Below are positions 49,469 through 62,683 of a stretch of 64,000 nucleotides of DNA, piece after piece. Position numbers and translations under genes: made by a program. The stretch comes from Paraspadella gotoi (lineage: Eukaryota; Animalia; Chaetognatha): NCBI GenBank assembly GCA_051294375.1, contig CM119264.1, positions 22,996,320 through 23,060,319 of the forward strand, given 5' to 3'. Under the pieces are notes generated by a model. That model was given only the letters and a program-made list of their open reading frames with translations, did not search any database and was not told the DNA's origin. The stretch's first letter is position 1, and the number at the start of each line of letters is the position of its first letter.

Positions 49469-50740
49469 CTAACCGCAACGGCCTCGTCCTCGGACCTACC
49501 CATTCCACTTTACATCTCCTGTTACACCAATAGTCTTTAAAACCTCAACGACGGGGATCCCGATTACACGTGTTATAATGTGTAAACAGTGCGTGAGAAA
49601 GAGGCGTAGGACGGAAAGTAGGACGATGCATAGAAAAAGGGAAGACAGTGCTGAAAGAAGAAAGAAAAAGAGACAATAGAAAAAAAAGCGCATCAGGAAC
49701 ATAACAAGGGTACACAACGTGAATGAAAAGAAAAAAAGTCGTTGTGGCGAACGTTCGAACATCGTTTTTCCGAAGATTTAGGAGAAAGAGTAAGCATTAT
49801 AGCATGTATTGCTAACACTTTATACATTTGAAAGGTAAAATACTAAATCAGACCCTCGATATGATATATAGAAAGGATATAAAAGCACTAGGAAAGATGA
49901 AGAAAATCAAAGGAATAAAAAAACGGGAAAGAGAAGGAAAACACAAGGCGAAAATGAACTCGTAACATACGTTCTTCAAGAATAAACATCGGAATAGAGA
50001 ATAAGAGAAGGGAAAAGACAATAAAGAGTAAAAAGATAAGAAAGAAGACAAGAAAGACATGGTAAGAAAGAACAGATAAAACCAGGGAGAAAGAAAGAAA
50101 AGAAAGAAATGAAAGATAAGAACAGATAAGAAAAGAAAGACAGAAGAAGAGATAGAAGGAAAGGAAACAAAGAGAAATAAAAGTCGTGCCGCACGTTAAA
50201 GGTGATTGAGAGCGAAAGAAAGAAAAAATTCCCTGTTTGTCGCGTTTCCTAATCAAAGTTCCAACGTGTAACTAATGGCCAATCTACTTCTCTCTCTCTA
50301 GTCTCTCTCTTCTCGTTCTCTGTCTCTCTCTCTATCTCACTCTCTCTCTTTCTCGCTTAGCCTTCCTCTGCCTTCGGCTTTCCTTCCACCGTAAACATTT
50401 TTATGTAGTCATAGAAAGAGCCTTGGTTTCCAGACGGGAACAAAAGACGCGCCCCCTATTTTCCGGTCGGACGTCATCGACCGCGTTTGACGACGCATGA
50501 CGTCACGAGTCCCGACGTTGGATCGTCGTTTTGTGACAGGGTCACGTCGTTGTCACGGCTCTAGCTGTAACCGCTGAGGATTTACAAGAATCAATTTAGG
50601 TGGTTTGTGGATAAAAAGAAAATAGAAGGAGAGAGAGAGATAGGTGACTCGAGAAAGTGAGAGAGAGAGAGAGTAGGAGAGTAGAGACGAGAGACGAGAG
50701 GAGAGAGAGAGAGAGAGCATGTTCTCTGAAAATCCTTAAG
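44050..50740. repeat. Segmental block present as an inverted copy at ~57680-64000
   Basis: Reverse-complement matches: 44330-45500 vs 62700-63870; 46400-48920 vs 59530-61860; 50380-50740 vs 57680-58100. Confidence 0.88.
48930..49270 (+). repeat. Three tandem ~120-150-bp units (CTTATTCACATTCTCCT.. plus CT microsatellite)
   Basis: GCTTATTCACATTCTCCT recurs near 48978, 49098 and 49247. Confidence 0.75.
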
Positions 50741-51582
50741 GACCAAGTGAAACAGGGGGTTAAAAGCTGAAAACATAACGGACCCTTTAACTGAAGCTGT
50801 GTTCTCTCATATAATTGTTTTCTTCTATTAACATTTGGGAAAGTAGTTAAAAAATCGATAAAATCAGCGAGCTTATTTCTTGAAAAAATCGTTAAGAAGA
50901 AAATCGTTTTTCAAGTTAATTTGTTTTCCAAAAAAAGGGTTAATATCCAATTTTAACAAAGATTTTCAGCTTTTATTATTAAAATTTATAAGAAAAAAAA
51001 CTAGGACCATGAAATCAAAATTTAAGGTATCGACTGATTTTATTTAAACTTTCTTTTCAAATGATTCTGTTAATTGATGAAAATAAACTCTTTGAGTAAC
51101 TATAAAATATTATAAAGAAGAGAAAATTCTGTACTTTTGCTAAATTTTTAAGTGTGTATAATAGAAGTATATAGTTGTAATTATACATTTAAGGTGAATA
51201 TGAATATTAATTAATAATATTACAATGTTTTTTTCGTAAGGAATAGATTTGAGGTTTGATTTGTCTGCTTTTAAGTAAATATGAAAAGATAAAAAAAATA
51301 TTAGTCTTGAATAAAGCCTTTGCTTCAATGAGGCTTAAACTAAAATTATAGCTTTGTACAGTAAAAAAAAACGAATTGTCTAATTAGGTAAAAATATGAC
51401 TTCTAATGCACAAAATATAAATAATTGATTATATAAATATTAGGTAGGCTTCAACTAAATTTTTTTTCATAATTAGTTAAATTTGTTTCCGCTAGAATTA
51501 AGAGATAGGAATTTGGTTGCCACTTCCCGTATTGCATAAGCAAAAATTAATGACTATCACCATTTCAATTCACTTGATTGAA

Positions 51583-51672
51583 GACCCGTTAAGNNNNNNN
51601 NNNNNNNNNNNNNNNNNNAGCTTTTTACCCCCCCTGTTCACTTGGTCCCCTTAAAGGATTTCAGAGAAACAT

Positions 51673-51708
<36 letters not shown>

Positions 51709-52083
51709 NNNNNNNNNNNNNNNNNNNNNNNNNNNNNNNNNNNNNNNNNNNNNNNNNNNNNNNNNNNNNNNNNNNNNNNNNNNNNNNNNNNNNNNNNNNN
51801 NNNNNNNNNNNNNNNNNNNNNNNNNNNNNNNNNNNNNNNNNNNNNNNNNNNNNNNNNNNNNNNNNNNNNNNNNNNNNNNNNNNNNNNNNNNNNNNNNNNN
51901 NNNNNNNNNNNNNNNNNNNNNNNNNNGAGAGAGACAGAGAGAGAGAGAGAGAGACAGAGAGAGAGAATATTGCCTTGTTACCGTTGGAACTTTGTTAGAA
52001 ACCGAAACAGGGAATTTTTTTTCTTTCTTTCCTTCTCATTCACTTTACGCCGACTTTTATTTCTCTTTGTTTGTTTCCTTCCT

Positions 52084-52175
<92 letters not shown>

Positions 52176-52874
52176 TTTTCGTCTTTTCCCTTCTCTTTTC
52201 TCATTCCGATTTTATTCTTGAAAACGTTTTACGAGTCATTTTCGCCTTTTTTTCTCTTTCCGATTTTATTCCTTTTGATTTTTCTTCCATCTTTCTCAAT
52301 GTCTTTTCATCCTTTTTATATATATCGGTCTGATTTAGTTATTTCCTTTCAAATGTATAAATGTTACATACATGCATAATGCTTACTCTTTCTCTAAATC
52401 TTTCGGAAACGTTCGCCAACGACTTTTTTTCTTTTCTTACTTTTCCTTTTTTTCCTCCTTTTTTCCTTTTTCTCCCTTCCTCCCTTTTTATCGCCTTTTT
52501 CCCACTTTTACAACATCTTATACACGAAATACGGGATCCACGGCGGTTTTAAGACTATNNNNNNNNNNNNNNNNNNNNNNNNNNNNNNNNNNNNNNNNNN
52601 NNNNNNNNNNNNNNNNNNNNNNNNNNNNNNNNNNNNNNNNNNNNNNNNNNNNNNNNNNNNNNNNNNNNNNNNNNNNNNNNNNNNNNNNNNNNNNNNNNNN
52701 NNNNNNNNNNNNNNNNNNNNNNNNNNNNNNNNNNNNNNNNNNNNNNNNNNNNNNNNNNNNNNNNNNNNNNNNNNNNNNNNNNNNNNNNNNNNNNNNNNNN
52801 NNNNNNNNNNNNNNNNNNCAATCTATTTGTAAATGTATTCATCCGTGTTGCGAAAAGGAAGGAGAATGTGAATA

Positions 52875-52910
<36 letters not shown>
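51583..52910. repeat. Inverted copy of ~49080-50800
   Basis: CCTGTTCACTTGGTCC..GGATTTCAGAGAAACATGCTCTC is the reverse complement of 50710-50770; 51970-52558 matches 49530-50280; 52819-52880 matches 49095-49165. Confidence 0.85.
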
Positions 52911-52935
52911 NNNNNNNNNNNNNNNNNNNNNNNNN

Positions 52936-55613
52936 CCGGGCTGAATAAATGGTGAAAGCGGCCTAGAGGCCAGGGGCCAGAGACGAAGCCTGACGGGTAC
53001 TGGACGGCCGCGAGAGGCCACCGTTTGTGGAAGGACGCGGCATGCCAGAGGGCAGACCAAGAACCTCGGAATTGGGGAGGAAAAGACATGGGGGAAAAAG
53101 GGAAAGTAAAAGAGAAAGAGGGCAAACGAAAAGACCAAATTGTATGGTCAAAATTTATCCTTGAAATATTTAAAACATCTAAACAATATGTTTTCTTTAC
53201 GTTTATTTGGCACTTTATCAAGCATAAAAAGGGACGTTATTAAAATAATTTTCGGGTCTTATTAGGAAATTATTAGAAAATCGATGTTTAGAAGTCAAAA
53301 ATCTTATCGTGCTCACCGAATCTGATTAATACTTCAGCTGAAGGCAATCCATTGGTTGATAGAATAGGCAACGCAAACCTGCTTGTGATTGCCCCAGACG
53401 CTAACATCTTCTAGCCACGTTCGGTGAGCAGGGAACATAGACTTTCGGACACTCCCAGGTCTCACAGGCTGTTGAACAAAGCCGCGAGTTGAACACGATA
53501 CCCTGTGTTAGCCCTACTTGCCTCGTGGCAGGAAGGGAGCTGCAAGCAAATACGTCAGGCGGTTTCCTCCTTAACTACCGACACAAAACCAAAAATAAAA
53601 CTGCAGTATTTCTTCGAGAGCATAAAAAAGTGCGTCAAGGCAGTTCTATAATGATTAATCTTAAATATAATTATTTATTGATTATTGCGGAAAATAGTAC
53701 AAAGATGAATTGGGAAAGATAAAGGGGAAACAGAAAAAGGGGGAGGGAAAAAAGAAAAGAAAAAACGACGGATGTTGATGTTTACCGACGGAAAAAATCC
53801 GGGCAAAGTGGGTCAAACTGCCTGAGGAAAAGCAGTAGAAAAGGAGAGGAAAGAGGAGAAAATAGGCAAAGAAGAGAGCAAGAAATATTATAAACCTTTT
53901 CATTCTTCCTCCTCCTTCCCTTCCTCCCCCCTTTTTTTACCTTCTCATCTCTCCCTCCTTCTTTTCTCATTTACCTCTCCCCCTCCCTTTTACTCCCTCT
54001 GCCCCCACCCGATTTTTTCTAAATTATAATCAATACATTACAATTCTTCAAATTCTAATGGTCTGTTGCTTTTCATATGATTAAACAATCTCTTAAACCT
54101 TTTCGACGGTGCAATCATTAATCTCGCCCAATCACCAATATTGCACTCAAAAATAATCGCCCAATCCCATCATGGCCTTATTGCTCAATCGAACACTTTC
54201 TTCCTAAAAAAGCCTCTAAAAGCTTCGATCTGTGGACTTTTACCTCCCCTCAGGACGATGTTATTTCAAAAACTGGTGTCGGAAAAAATAATTTTTTCAA
54301 TTGTTCTCCACGCGAAAAGCACCGATAACCGGGTGGCATGATGACAGCGAATTGACTTATTACGACGACGACGACACGACGACGACAACGACCTTGTACG
54401 AAAGCCTCAAGAAGACGACCAAGTCTGGTACACGAAAATAATTTCGACCACCGCTCATAAATGTGACGGAAATTGATGACGACGACGAGGTTGTGGGGAA
54501 AAACTGGGTCGGATTTTCAAGTTTTTTCTCCACGCGAAGACCGATTAACGTCATGATGACGAATGTTACGGATTACCGACGACGACAACCGACGACCCGA
54601 CGACAACACCTTTTACGTAAAGCTCAAGACAACGAACAGAATGACGATTAAATCGACAACTGCCGAGACGACGACGGTAACGACGACGAAGCGATGCAGA
54701 CAAACACAGAGGGAAGACGGACGACTGACGGACGCCGCTTTCCTTTTTTTTATAAAACAAAGGTGATTCGTCTCCATTCGACCTCGCTGGCCCTATTTCG
54801 GCTGGCGAATACGACCACCTCGCGCCCCACGACGACAAAACGCCTTCAGCGAAACCGCGCCACGCCAAAGCTCACCTCCGCGATCTAGCCACGTTCAACT
54901 AACGCCCAAAACGGCGCCACTCGCAGCGCGTCTTGTTCCTTATATGCGGAACTCCGCGGGTCACGTATCCAAAACCACCCCGTGCACGCGACCCCGTCCC
55001 CACGGGGGGAACCCCCCGAAAGACCTCGAGACTTTTTCTTTATCTCACGCGCGGAAAAAATTGCACGTATGGCCCAAAGTTGAGACGGCCAAAGTGAGAC
55101 GCGAAAGAAAAGAGAGAGAGGCGCGATGGCGAAGAAAAAGAAAACTGCGCGTGCCGGGGGGGAAAGTGCAACGCGACAAATGGGGCATCGATATGGCGTC
55201 GGAAAGTGCGGCCAACGCGGCACAGAATTGCAAAAATCCGATGTTATGGCCCAGAATAACGAGGTAAAGCTCCGCGCCTCCGCAACCTAAAAAATGTTGC
55301 CCGAAAAAATTAAACTATTATTACAAATGAATTTTAAAGGTCGAAAACGACATGACATACCCCGCTGTAAAATCTTTTAGTGCGAAGGAGATTTGAATGA
55401 GAGCATTAACAGAAACACGAATGGTAAACAGTAGAGCTCCCAGAAAATACCATTGCATTTTTGTAAAAGTTTCCTATACCTGCCAAAGTTTCTTGTGCCA
55501 AATTTAGTGGATGAAAACAATATCAGCAATTAAAAAATTTCCCTGAATGCTCTTGATGGAGTTTTTTCACGCAGTTTGCGTCTACCACTTACGGTTTTAA
55601 AAAAAGTAAAGGG

Positions 55614-55645
<32 letters not shown>

Positions 55646-57687
55646 CTTTTCTGGAAAAAAAGGAGCTGTTATAGCCAGCAACTTAAACTTAATCAAAAAA
55701 TAAAAGTGTATATAATCAACCTTATTTACTAAATTGTTTGTTGTGGGTTGTTTCGTTTGTTTTTATAATAGGTTAAAAAATTATTATTAAGAAACACTTC
55801 CAAATATTTAGGCAATTATTTAGTTTTTTTAAGACCAAATCGTCCCTGACCAAAATTACTTTAGCAAATTCTAATAAGATTGTATATTATGAAGAAAAGT
55901 ACTGTCCTTTGATTTGGTTATAAAATAGAACATCTCTAAGGATTTTTAAATATATTTAATCCTTAAACCAACGATATTGTCTTTAAAGGTTTACGCCAAA
56001 TAAATACAAAAGAACGGAAAAACATGTCAGCGAGAGATTAGATAAAAAGGCGCCTTGGTCTTCTGTGGCTAGCAAGCCTCCCACCTCAACCTTAACCCCT
56101 AAACGCTCTCTCCCAACCAAAACCTTAGTCTGAGGCCTTCTTATTCATTTTTCCAAGCCTCAAATCTTAATATCCCTAAGTAACAAGGGCCCCCTTCGTC
56201 TAGCTTGCTATTTATAAACAGATAAGTAATTGTGATATCTGGACAGGCTAAGAAAGGACAGAAGAGCTTGGGGTTAGGGTTTAAGGGAAAAGTACTGCGC
56301 GGAAGGAAATTAAGAATATTATAAAAACTTAGCCCTTATTGAGGCCGGGAGGGCGGAAAAAGCAGGATGCACTGAGTGACGGGCTCAGCAGGTGAAACCT
56401 CAGGCTGAAACGTGTGAGGCGATTGGTGACCGAGGCTCCTGGAGTGATGAGCAAGGCTAGGTTTCTGGCATGATATAACAATATAAAAACAGAGCCTAGG
56501 TTTAGGGTAGGCTCTAAGGACGTGGCTCTCCTGCAGATTTCACCAAAGCCACGGGAACTGCGTGAGCCGGAGGGCTTGGATCAGGGACCAGTTAGGTTAA
56601 GGTTTTGAGCAGAAGTACACGATCTTGGGGTTAAGTTAGGGGAAAGGCTGCTCGGGGTTAAGACAAAAAGCCCACGTTTTAGGTTATAGCTATTAGATAT
56701 TCCCCCAAGCCAGGGAAAACTGAATTAAGATTAAGGTTTTGTAGGCCCGGTTTAGCGCGTAAGGGATTGATGATGAGAGCTTTTTGCGAGCTTGCCAAAG
56801 GCTAAGTTGTCCCCTACCATCTAATTCGCTACTTTTGCCATCACTTGGTAATCTTTTTAAAATTAAAAATCATCCCTTAGACAAGTTCTATTTGTTTTAA
56901 CCAAGACTAGAAAATTTTTATTTTTAAAATTAGAAAGTAGTTTTTGGTCAGGGCAGCCAATTGTAGGACTTTAAAAAAAAGAATTAATGTGAAGTTTCTT
57001 TTCTTAACTTTGACGGGCCCTTTGAACTAATAGATTTTTACTAACCCTTCATTTATAAGAACTAAAGATAAAAAAAATGGTAATATATAAGGTTCTATCT
57101 TGGTAACTTATTTTTTGGATTAATTTAAAGTATGCTGGTGAGCCTGCATAAAATAACAGAATCTTATTTATTCGAAATAATCTCGTTACCTCTGTGGAAA
57201 ATTTTTTTTTATGTTTAAAACCGGAAGTCTGGGTCAACGCATTCTACCATAACCTGGGCGTGGAAAATCCATTAGTGGAAACATCGACAGAAGAGAAAAT
57301 ATAATAAATAAAACCTTGTGATTATTCGTTTGTTACGCTTTCCACTAAATTTGGCCACGTCAAGTAAACTTTGCAAGGTATCCAGGAACTTTCATTAAAT
57401 GTATTTTTGATGATATTTTCTGGAACCTCATAGTAAACAGGGAAAGCAAAAATAACTCTGAATGGAATAAGGAAAGAAGTAGAGGCAAGAAAAAAATAAA
57501 AAAAAAAAACGAAAATGAAAATATGTAGGAAGATTCGTATCGAGCCGATCACGATAGAAAGCCAAAAAAAACTTTAGGTTAATGAATAAAGATTTCCTGA
57601 ATTATTTAAATTTTTAGGAAGTTTCATGGCAAGAATACGTTGAGGTAGTGATTTATTCAAATATCAATTTGAAGTCTGATTGAAAGG
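52936..57687 (+). repeat. Segmental block, copy B (noisy), carrying a 2-kb insertion
   Basis: Matches 30140-32855 apart from the insertion at 55432-57432 and loss of ~32125-32505. Confidence 0.88.
55432..57432. mobile_element. Non-autonomous foldback DNA transposon with long TIRs and an 8-bp TSD (hAT-like ends)
   Basis: GTAAACAG is duplicated at 55424-55431 and 57433-57440 and is single at the paralogous empty site (~32652-32659). Left end TAGAGCTCCCAGAAAAT vs right-end reverse complement TATGAGGTTCCAGAAAAT; inverted similarity is traceable for roughly 550 bp. No transposase ORF. Confidence 0.82.
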
Positions 57688-59482
57688 ATTTTCAGCAGAA
57701 AAACAATGGCTCCTCTCTGCCTTCTCCTCTTCTCTCCTCCTCTCACTCTCTGCTCTCTCTCTTTCTCTCTCTCTCTCTCTTCTCTCTCCTCTCTCTTCCT
57801 ACCTTCTCTCTTCATTTCGTTTTTCTTTATCCACCAAACACCTAAATGTGAATTTTAATCTCAGACTTTACAACCGGTGAACAAGAAACGCTGACATGTC
57901 ACAAAACCGGGACGGATACAACGTCCGGGACTTCCCCGTGGACGTCATGCGTCCAAAGGGCTCAGAATGGACGCTCACGAACCCGAGAAGAAACAGGCGC
58001 GCCGGGTCGCTTTGTTCCCCTTGGAAACCAAGGTCCCCCTTTAATGGGACTCAAAAAATGTTACGGTCGTCTGTGGAAGAACGGAGTATAAGGCCGAAGG
58101 ATTAGAAGGAAATATTAGCTATATATATTATTAGATATATATATGATTATAGTATATATATCATATATATATATGTATATATGGATGACAAGGAACAGTA
58201 TGAATGATTGCATCTTGTTACCGTTGAAACACTTTTGTTTATGAAACCGAAACATTGAATTGTTCTTCTTTCTTATCTATCTTACCGTCTCTATATCTTT
58301 ATCTGTTCGGTCTCTATCTCTTTCTGTGTTTCTCTCTTCTTTCTTTTTCTCTTTCTTCTCTCTCCTTTCTCTTCTCTTTCTCTATCTCTCTTTTGTCTTT
58401 CCTCTTCTCTTTCTTGCATTCCGATGTTATTTTCTTGAGAAAAGACTTACTCAGTCTATTCTCTCTCTCCTATGCCTTTCGGACTTCAATCTTTCTCACT
58501 CAAGTCTTCATCCAGTTGTGGTGTCGTGTGAGTAGATGTGAGTCGTTGTGTAGATTAAATGCTATGTGTGTTGATTATGTCGCAAAGAGCTGTGTGGTGA
58601 AAAGTGGTGTAGTGAGTGTGATAATACAGTGTGCTTATATAGTGTGTGTCGTGGTGGCTCTGTTGAGTGATGTGAGTCCTGGCGTGTCGGCGAAGAAGAG
58701 AGTGTGCGTGTGTGCTGAGATAATGGAGGCTGTGTCTGTAGTGTGTCCGATGTACCTCGGATGTGCGTGAAGGAGTGTGTGCGGTGCGCTGTTGGCGTAC
58801 GTGCCGTGTGTTGTGTGTCTCGTGTCCGTGTCCCTCCCGTCCCCTGGGGAGCGTTCGTTGGTTCCCCACTGTAAACAGCTGATGTACAACGAAATACGTT
58901 AATATCCACGGCGAAACTCATTTGTTGGGGAAAGAAATGTTGAAAATTTGGGAAGTAGCGGCCGACGAGCCAGGCGCGGAGAGAAAAGAGAAAAAGAGAG
59001 AAGAGAGATTGCACAGAGAGCAGAGAAGAAACGTATAAGAGAGTCCTAAGATCGATGATTATCCGACGATATAAAAAGAGAGACTGAGACTTAAGTTTGA
59101 AGAGTATAGACTGATGATGGAGAGAGTAGAGATGAGCAGGGAGAGAGCGGAAACGCCCTTTCAAGGCTCAGAGTTGGAAAGTAATTGCAGCCGGGTGTGC
59201 CGAAAAGTCAAGGAGAATGAAATAGGCGGAAAGGAGAGAGAGAGTGGAGAGGAGATGAGAGAGACGAGAAGAAGGATAGATCGAAACGGCCTCAAAGCTA
59301 TATGTGAAAGGAGGTCAGTCCGTGGCGTATAAGAAGGAAAGGAAAGAAGCCGAGAGAGAGGATTGAGGAGGAGATGAAGCCTTTTGAGATGACTGGATTG
59401 GACAGGAGAAAGTGCAAGAGTAAGGAAAGAGAGTGAGGGAGAAAGGAGAGAGAGATTAAAGAATGTGATATCACAGATGAGA

Positions 59483-59520
<38 letters not shown>

Positions 59521-62500
59521 AAGCTCTTTTCATACCTCTATTCCTTTGCGGTGCCATGATTTTAGTTTTATCATCATCGCGCGGCGCCATGACATCAAAT
59601 TCCTTCCAAACCAAACCTCACAAGAAGTTTCTATTCTCCCCTCCGACCACATGGCTTCTTCATCTTTAAGTCACCCACAATCGCTCCTCTCGATATATAT
59701 TTCTGCTCCTCTAAAGCTTCATCTTTTGCTCCTTTCTCGACTTTTTCGTTATTCAAAGGCTTCTTTCACTTAAATTGCTTCTCTTTTCTTCGACTTTTTT
59801 TCTTTTGTTTCTCAAAACAAAGGATTTTTTTAATCTTTTTTAACAATTAATTTTTTTTATAGCTTTGGTTGACGTCTTTATCTCCAAATTCAACAGACTA
59901 TTTCCGATCATTTACTGTTGGTTTGTTACTTGTAGTTATTATTATCTTTACAGTATCTTACGTATATAAATCGAATTCTTCATGGAATTTTATCCCTGTT
60001 ATTTATTTATTTCGTCTGTTTTTCGTTTTACTTTTTTTCTCTCGAGCTTTGTACTACTCGAGCAATAGGCGTAATTTCCCGTCGTTTCGCGTCATTTTAA
60101 CTTTGGTTGACGACAGCTGCTTATCAAACAATTAGTAGAGACCTAATGTAGCAAATTGGTACTTGATGCAATGTGGTTTCGAATCCGTTGACGATGCCCG
60201 TCGACCACAAAACCTCCTTTGTTTTTGTTTTGTTTTGTTTAGGTTTTTTCCTTCGAAATTAATGCATAATCATCTCCGTTGATGAGATTCGCTCAGATTC
60301 AAATTGTCTCTGCTTCGGTCGTTAATTTCGCATCCGCATTGAATCTCCGACGTCGCTCGCAGATGCAAAAACGCGCCCAGCAGATGCAAAACGCCATCGA
60401 GAAATTGACGAAAAACGCAATCATTTGGCGTTAGCGATGGATTTACGAGATGGTGATTGTGGCTGTTGTCACTGTATGTATGATTAAATTTTAAACAAAA
60501 AAGACCTAAATGACGGAGTAGCTGGAAGTTCCACGACAAATTAAACCCGCGAAACCAATTCCACCAACGGGATAACAACCACGATTCCACGAAGTCAACT
60601 GAAACAACTCGGATTCTCTGGTCCAATCCCATCGCCTGTTTCACACATTCCGGACGAACGCGGTTCTCTTGATGCAAACATCGCTTTTTATTTGTTTATT
60701 TTCTCCGTTGGGAAATGAGAGCAAATGACTGATTAAGGGCAGGCAGAAGTACGCGATGGATAAACAATAGAAAACGAATGGAATGAGGATTGAGAATTTC
60801 TACGTCGTCAGTATTATGACGACGAATGTGTGGGAAGAATATCGTTGTGTTGCCATTGAGCGGAATCAATGGACAAAATGGATTTTTTTGTTAAGACCGG
60901 GATCTCATTTAAATTTTTTTTAAAACTCGATGTTCAACAGCCACCGCTTAGATTCGATTCGGGTGACGCGAACCCCGAATATTCGAGACGAGAAAAGATG
61001 AAAAAAAACTTCAGCTAAGAAGTCGTTTTCAGAATCAGGGGATGGACGATGGGTCGGAGGAAAGGAAGGAGCAGAGGAGGAATGGGAGGAAAAGATGGAG
61101 GAAAAAAGAGAAGAAAGAGAAAAGAGAGAAAAAGATGATAAACGATTACAAGAGAAACAAGTTACAAAATGAAAAGTGAAAAAAATGGGAAATTAAAAGG
61201 AGAAAGAGACATGATTGAAAGGCTGAAAAGACGTGGCAATAGGGCGAGAAAAAGCAGGGATGGAAGAATAAAAGACATGGGAAACGGCAAAGAAAAAAAA
61301 ATAGAATAGAGAAGATACGCAAATATCAAAAATAGGACAAAAAAGGAGAAAGAAAGAAAAGAGAAGTAGCAGAAGGAGTTAGAGAGGTGGAGAGAGTAGT
61401 ATAGGGAACGCTGTCCCTATACTACTGAGAGGAGAGAAGAAAAGAGGAGAAGAGCAGGAAGAGAGGAGACAAAGAAAGAAAAGCAGAGGAGAATGCGTAT
61501 TATTTCGAATTAAACAAGGTTGATTGAGTACTTACATGAGCAGTAAACAAAGCTAAGGCTAAAGACAATACAAAGTTAAAGATTCCGTGAAAACTACCAC
61601 AATGGACAAAACAAGGTTAAGTTAAAGAAATCCAGGGAAGAGGAAGCTGGAGGAGAAGGAGGGAGGAGAGTAGGAGAGAAGAAAGATAAAGAGAGAAAGA
61701 AAAAAGAGAGAAAGAAAGAAGAGGAGATAAGAAAGAATAGGAGAGAAAGAAAGAAGAGGAGAGAAGAAAGAAGAGGAGAGAAAGAAAGAATAGGAGAGAA
61801 GAAAGAAGAGAATAAAAGAAAGAAGAGGAGAGAATAAAGAAGAGGAGAGAAGACTCTTTTCTTCTCTCTATTCTTCTATCCTCTTTTTCTTTTCTCTATT
61901 CTATNNNNNNNNNNNNNNNNNNNNNNNNNNNNNNNNNNNNNNNNNNNNNNNNNNNNNNNNNNNNNNNNNNNNNNNNNNNNNNNNNNNNNNNNNNNNNNNN
62001 NNNNNNNNNNNNNNNNNNNNNNNNNNNNNNNNNNNNNNNNNNNNNNNNNNNNNNNNNNNNNNNNNNNNNNNNNNNNNNNNNNNNNNNNNNNNNNNNNNNN
62101 NNNNNNNNNNNNNNNNNNNNNNNNNNNNNNNNNNNNNNNNNNNNNNNNNNNNNNNNNNNNNNNNNNNNNNNNNNNNNNNNNNNNNNNNNNNNNNNNNNNN
62201 NNNNNNNNNNNNNNNNNNNNNNNNNNNNNNNNNNNNNNNNNNNNNNNNNNNNNNNNNNNNNNNNNNNNNNNNNNNNNNNNNNNNNNNNNNNNNNNNNNNN
62301 NNNNNNNNNNNNNNNNNNNNNNNNNNNNNNNNNNNNNNNNNNNNNNNNNNNNNNNNNNNNNNNNNNNNNNNNNNNNNNNNNNNNNNNNNNNNNNNNNNNN
62401 NNNNNNNNNNNNNNNNNNNNNNNNNNNNNNNNNNNNNNNNNNNNNNNNNNNNNNNNNNNNNNNNNNNNNNNNNNNNNNNNNNNNNNNNNNNNNNNNNNNN

Positions 62501-62577
62501 NNNNNNNNNNNNNNNNNNNNNNNNNNNNNNNNNNNNNNNNNNNNNNNNNNNNNNNNNNNNNNNNNNNNNNNNNNNNG

Positions 62578-62683
62578 CATGCGCCGACGGAGACGTTGTC
62601 AGTGCCAAAGTCATTGCCGACATCAATACCGACGTCGCTACCGACATCAGTGCCGACATTATCGCCGACATCTTCGCCGACGC
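62578..62683 (+). repeat. 12-bp tandem repeat (xxxCCGACATC-like) abutting a gap
   Basis: ATTGCCGACATC AATACCGACGTC GCTACCGACATC AGTGCCGACATT ATCGCCGACATC; a shorter inverted version lies at ~45610-45730. Confidence 0.7.

Noticed and set aside
58500-59460. TG-rich and GA-rich segment with ORFs of up to 200 aa
   Set aside because: It sits where the inverted copy of ~48950-49900 is expected and looks like low-quality read sequence; no recognisable protein.
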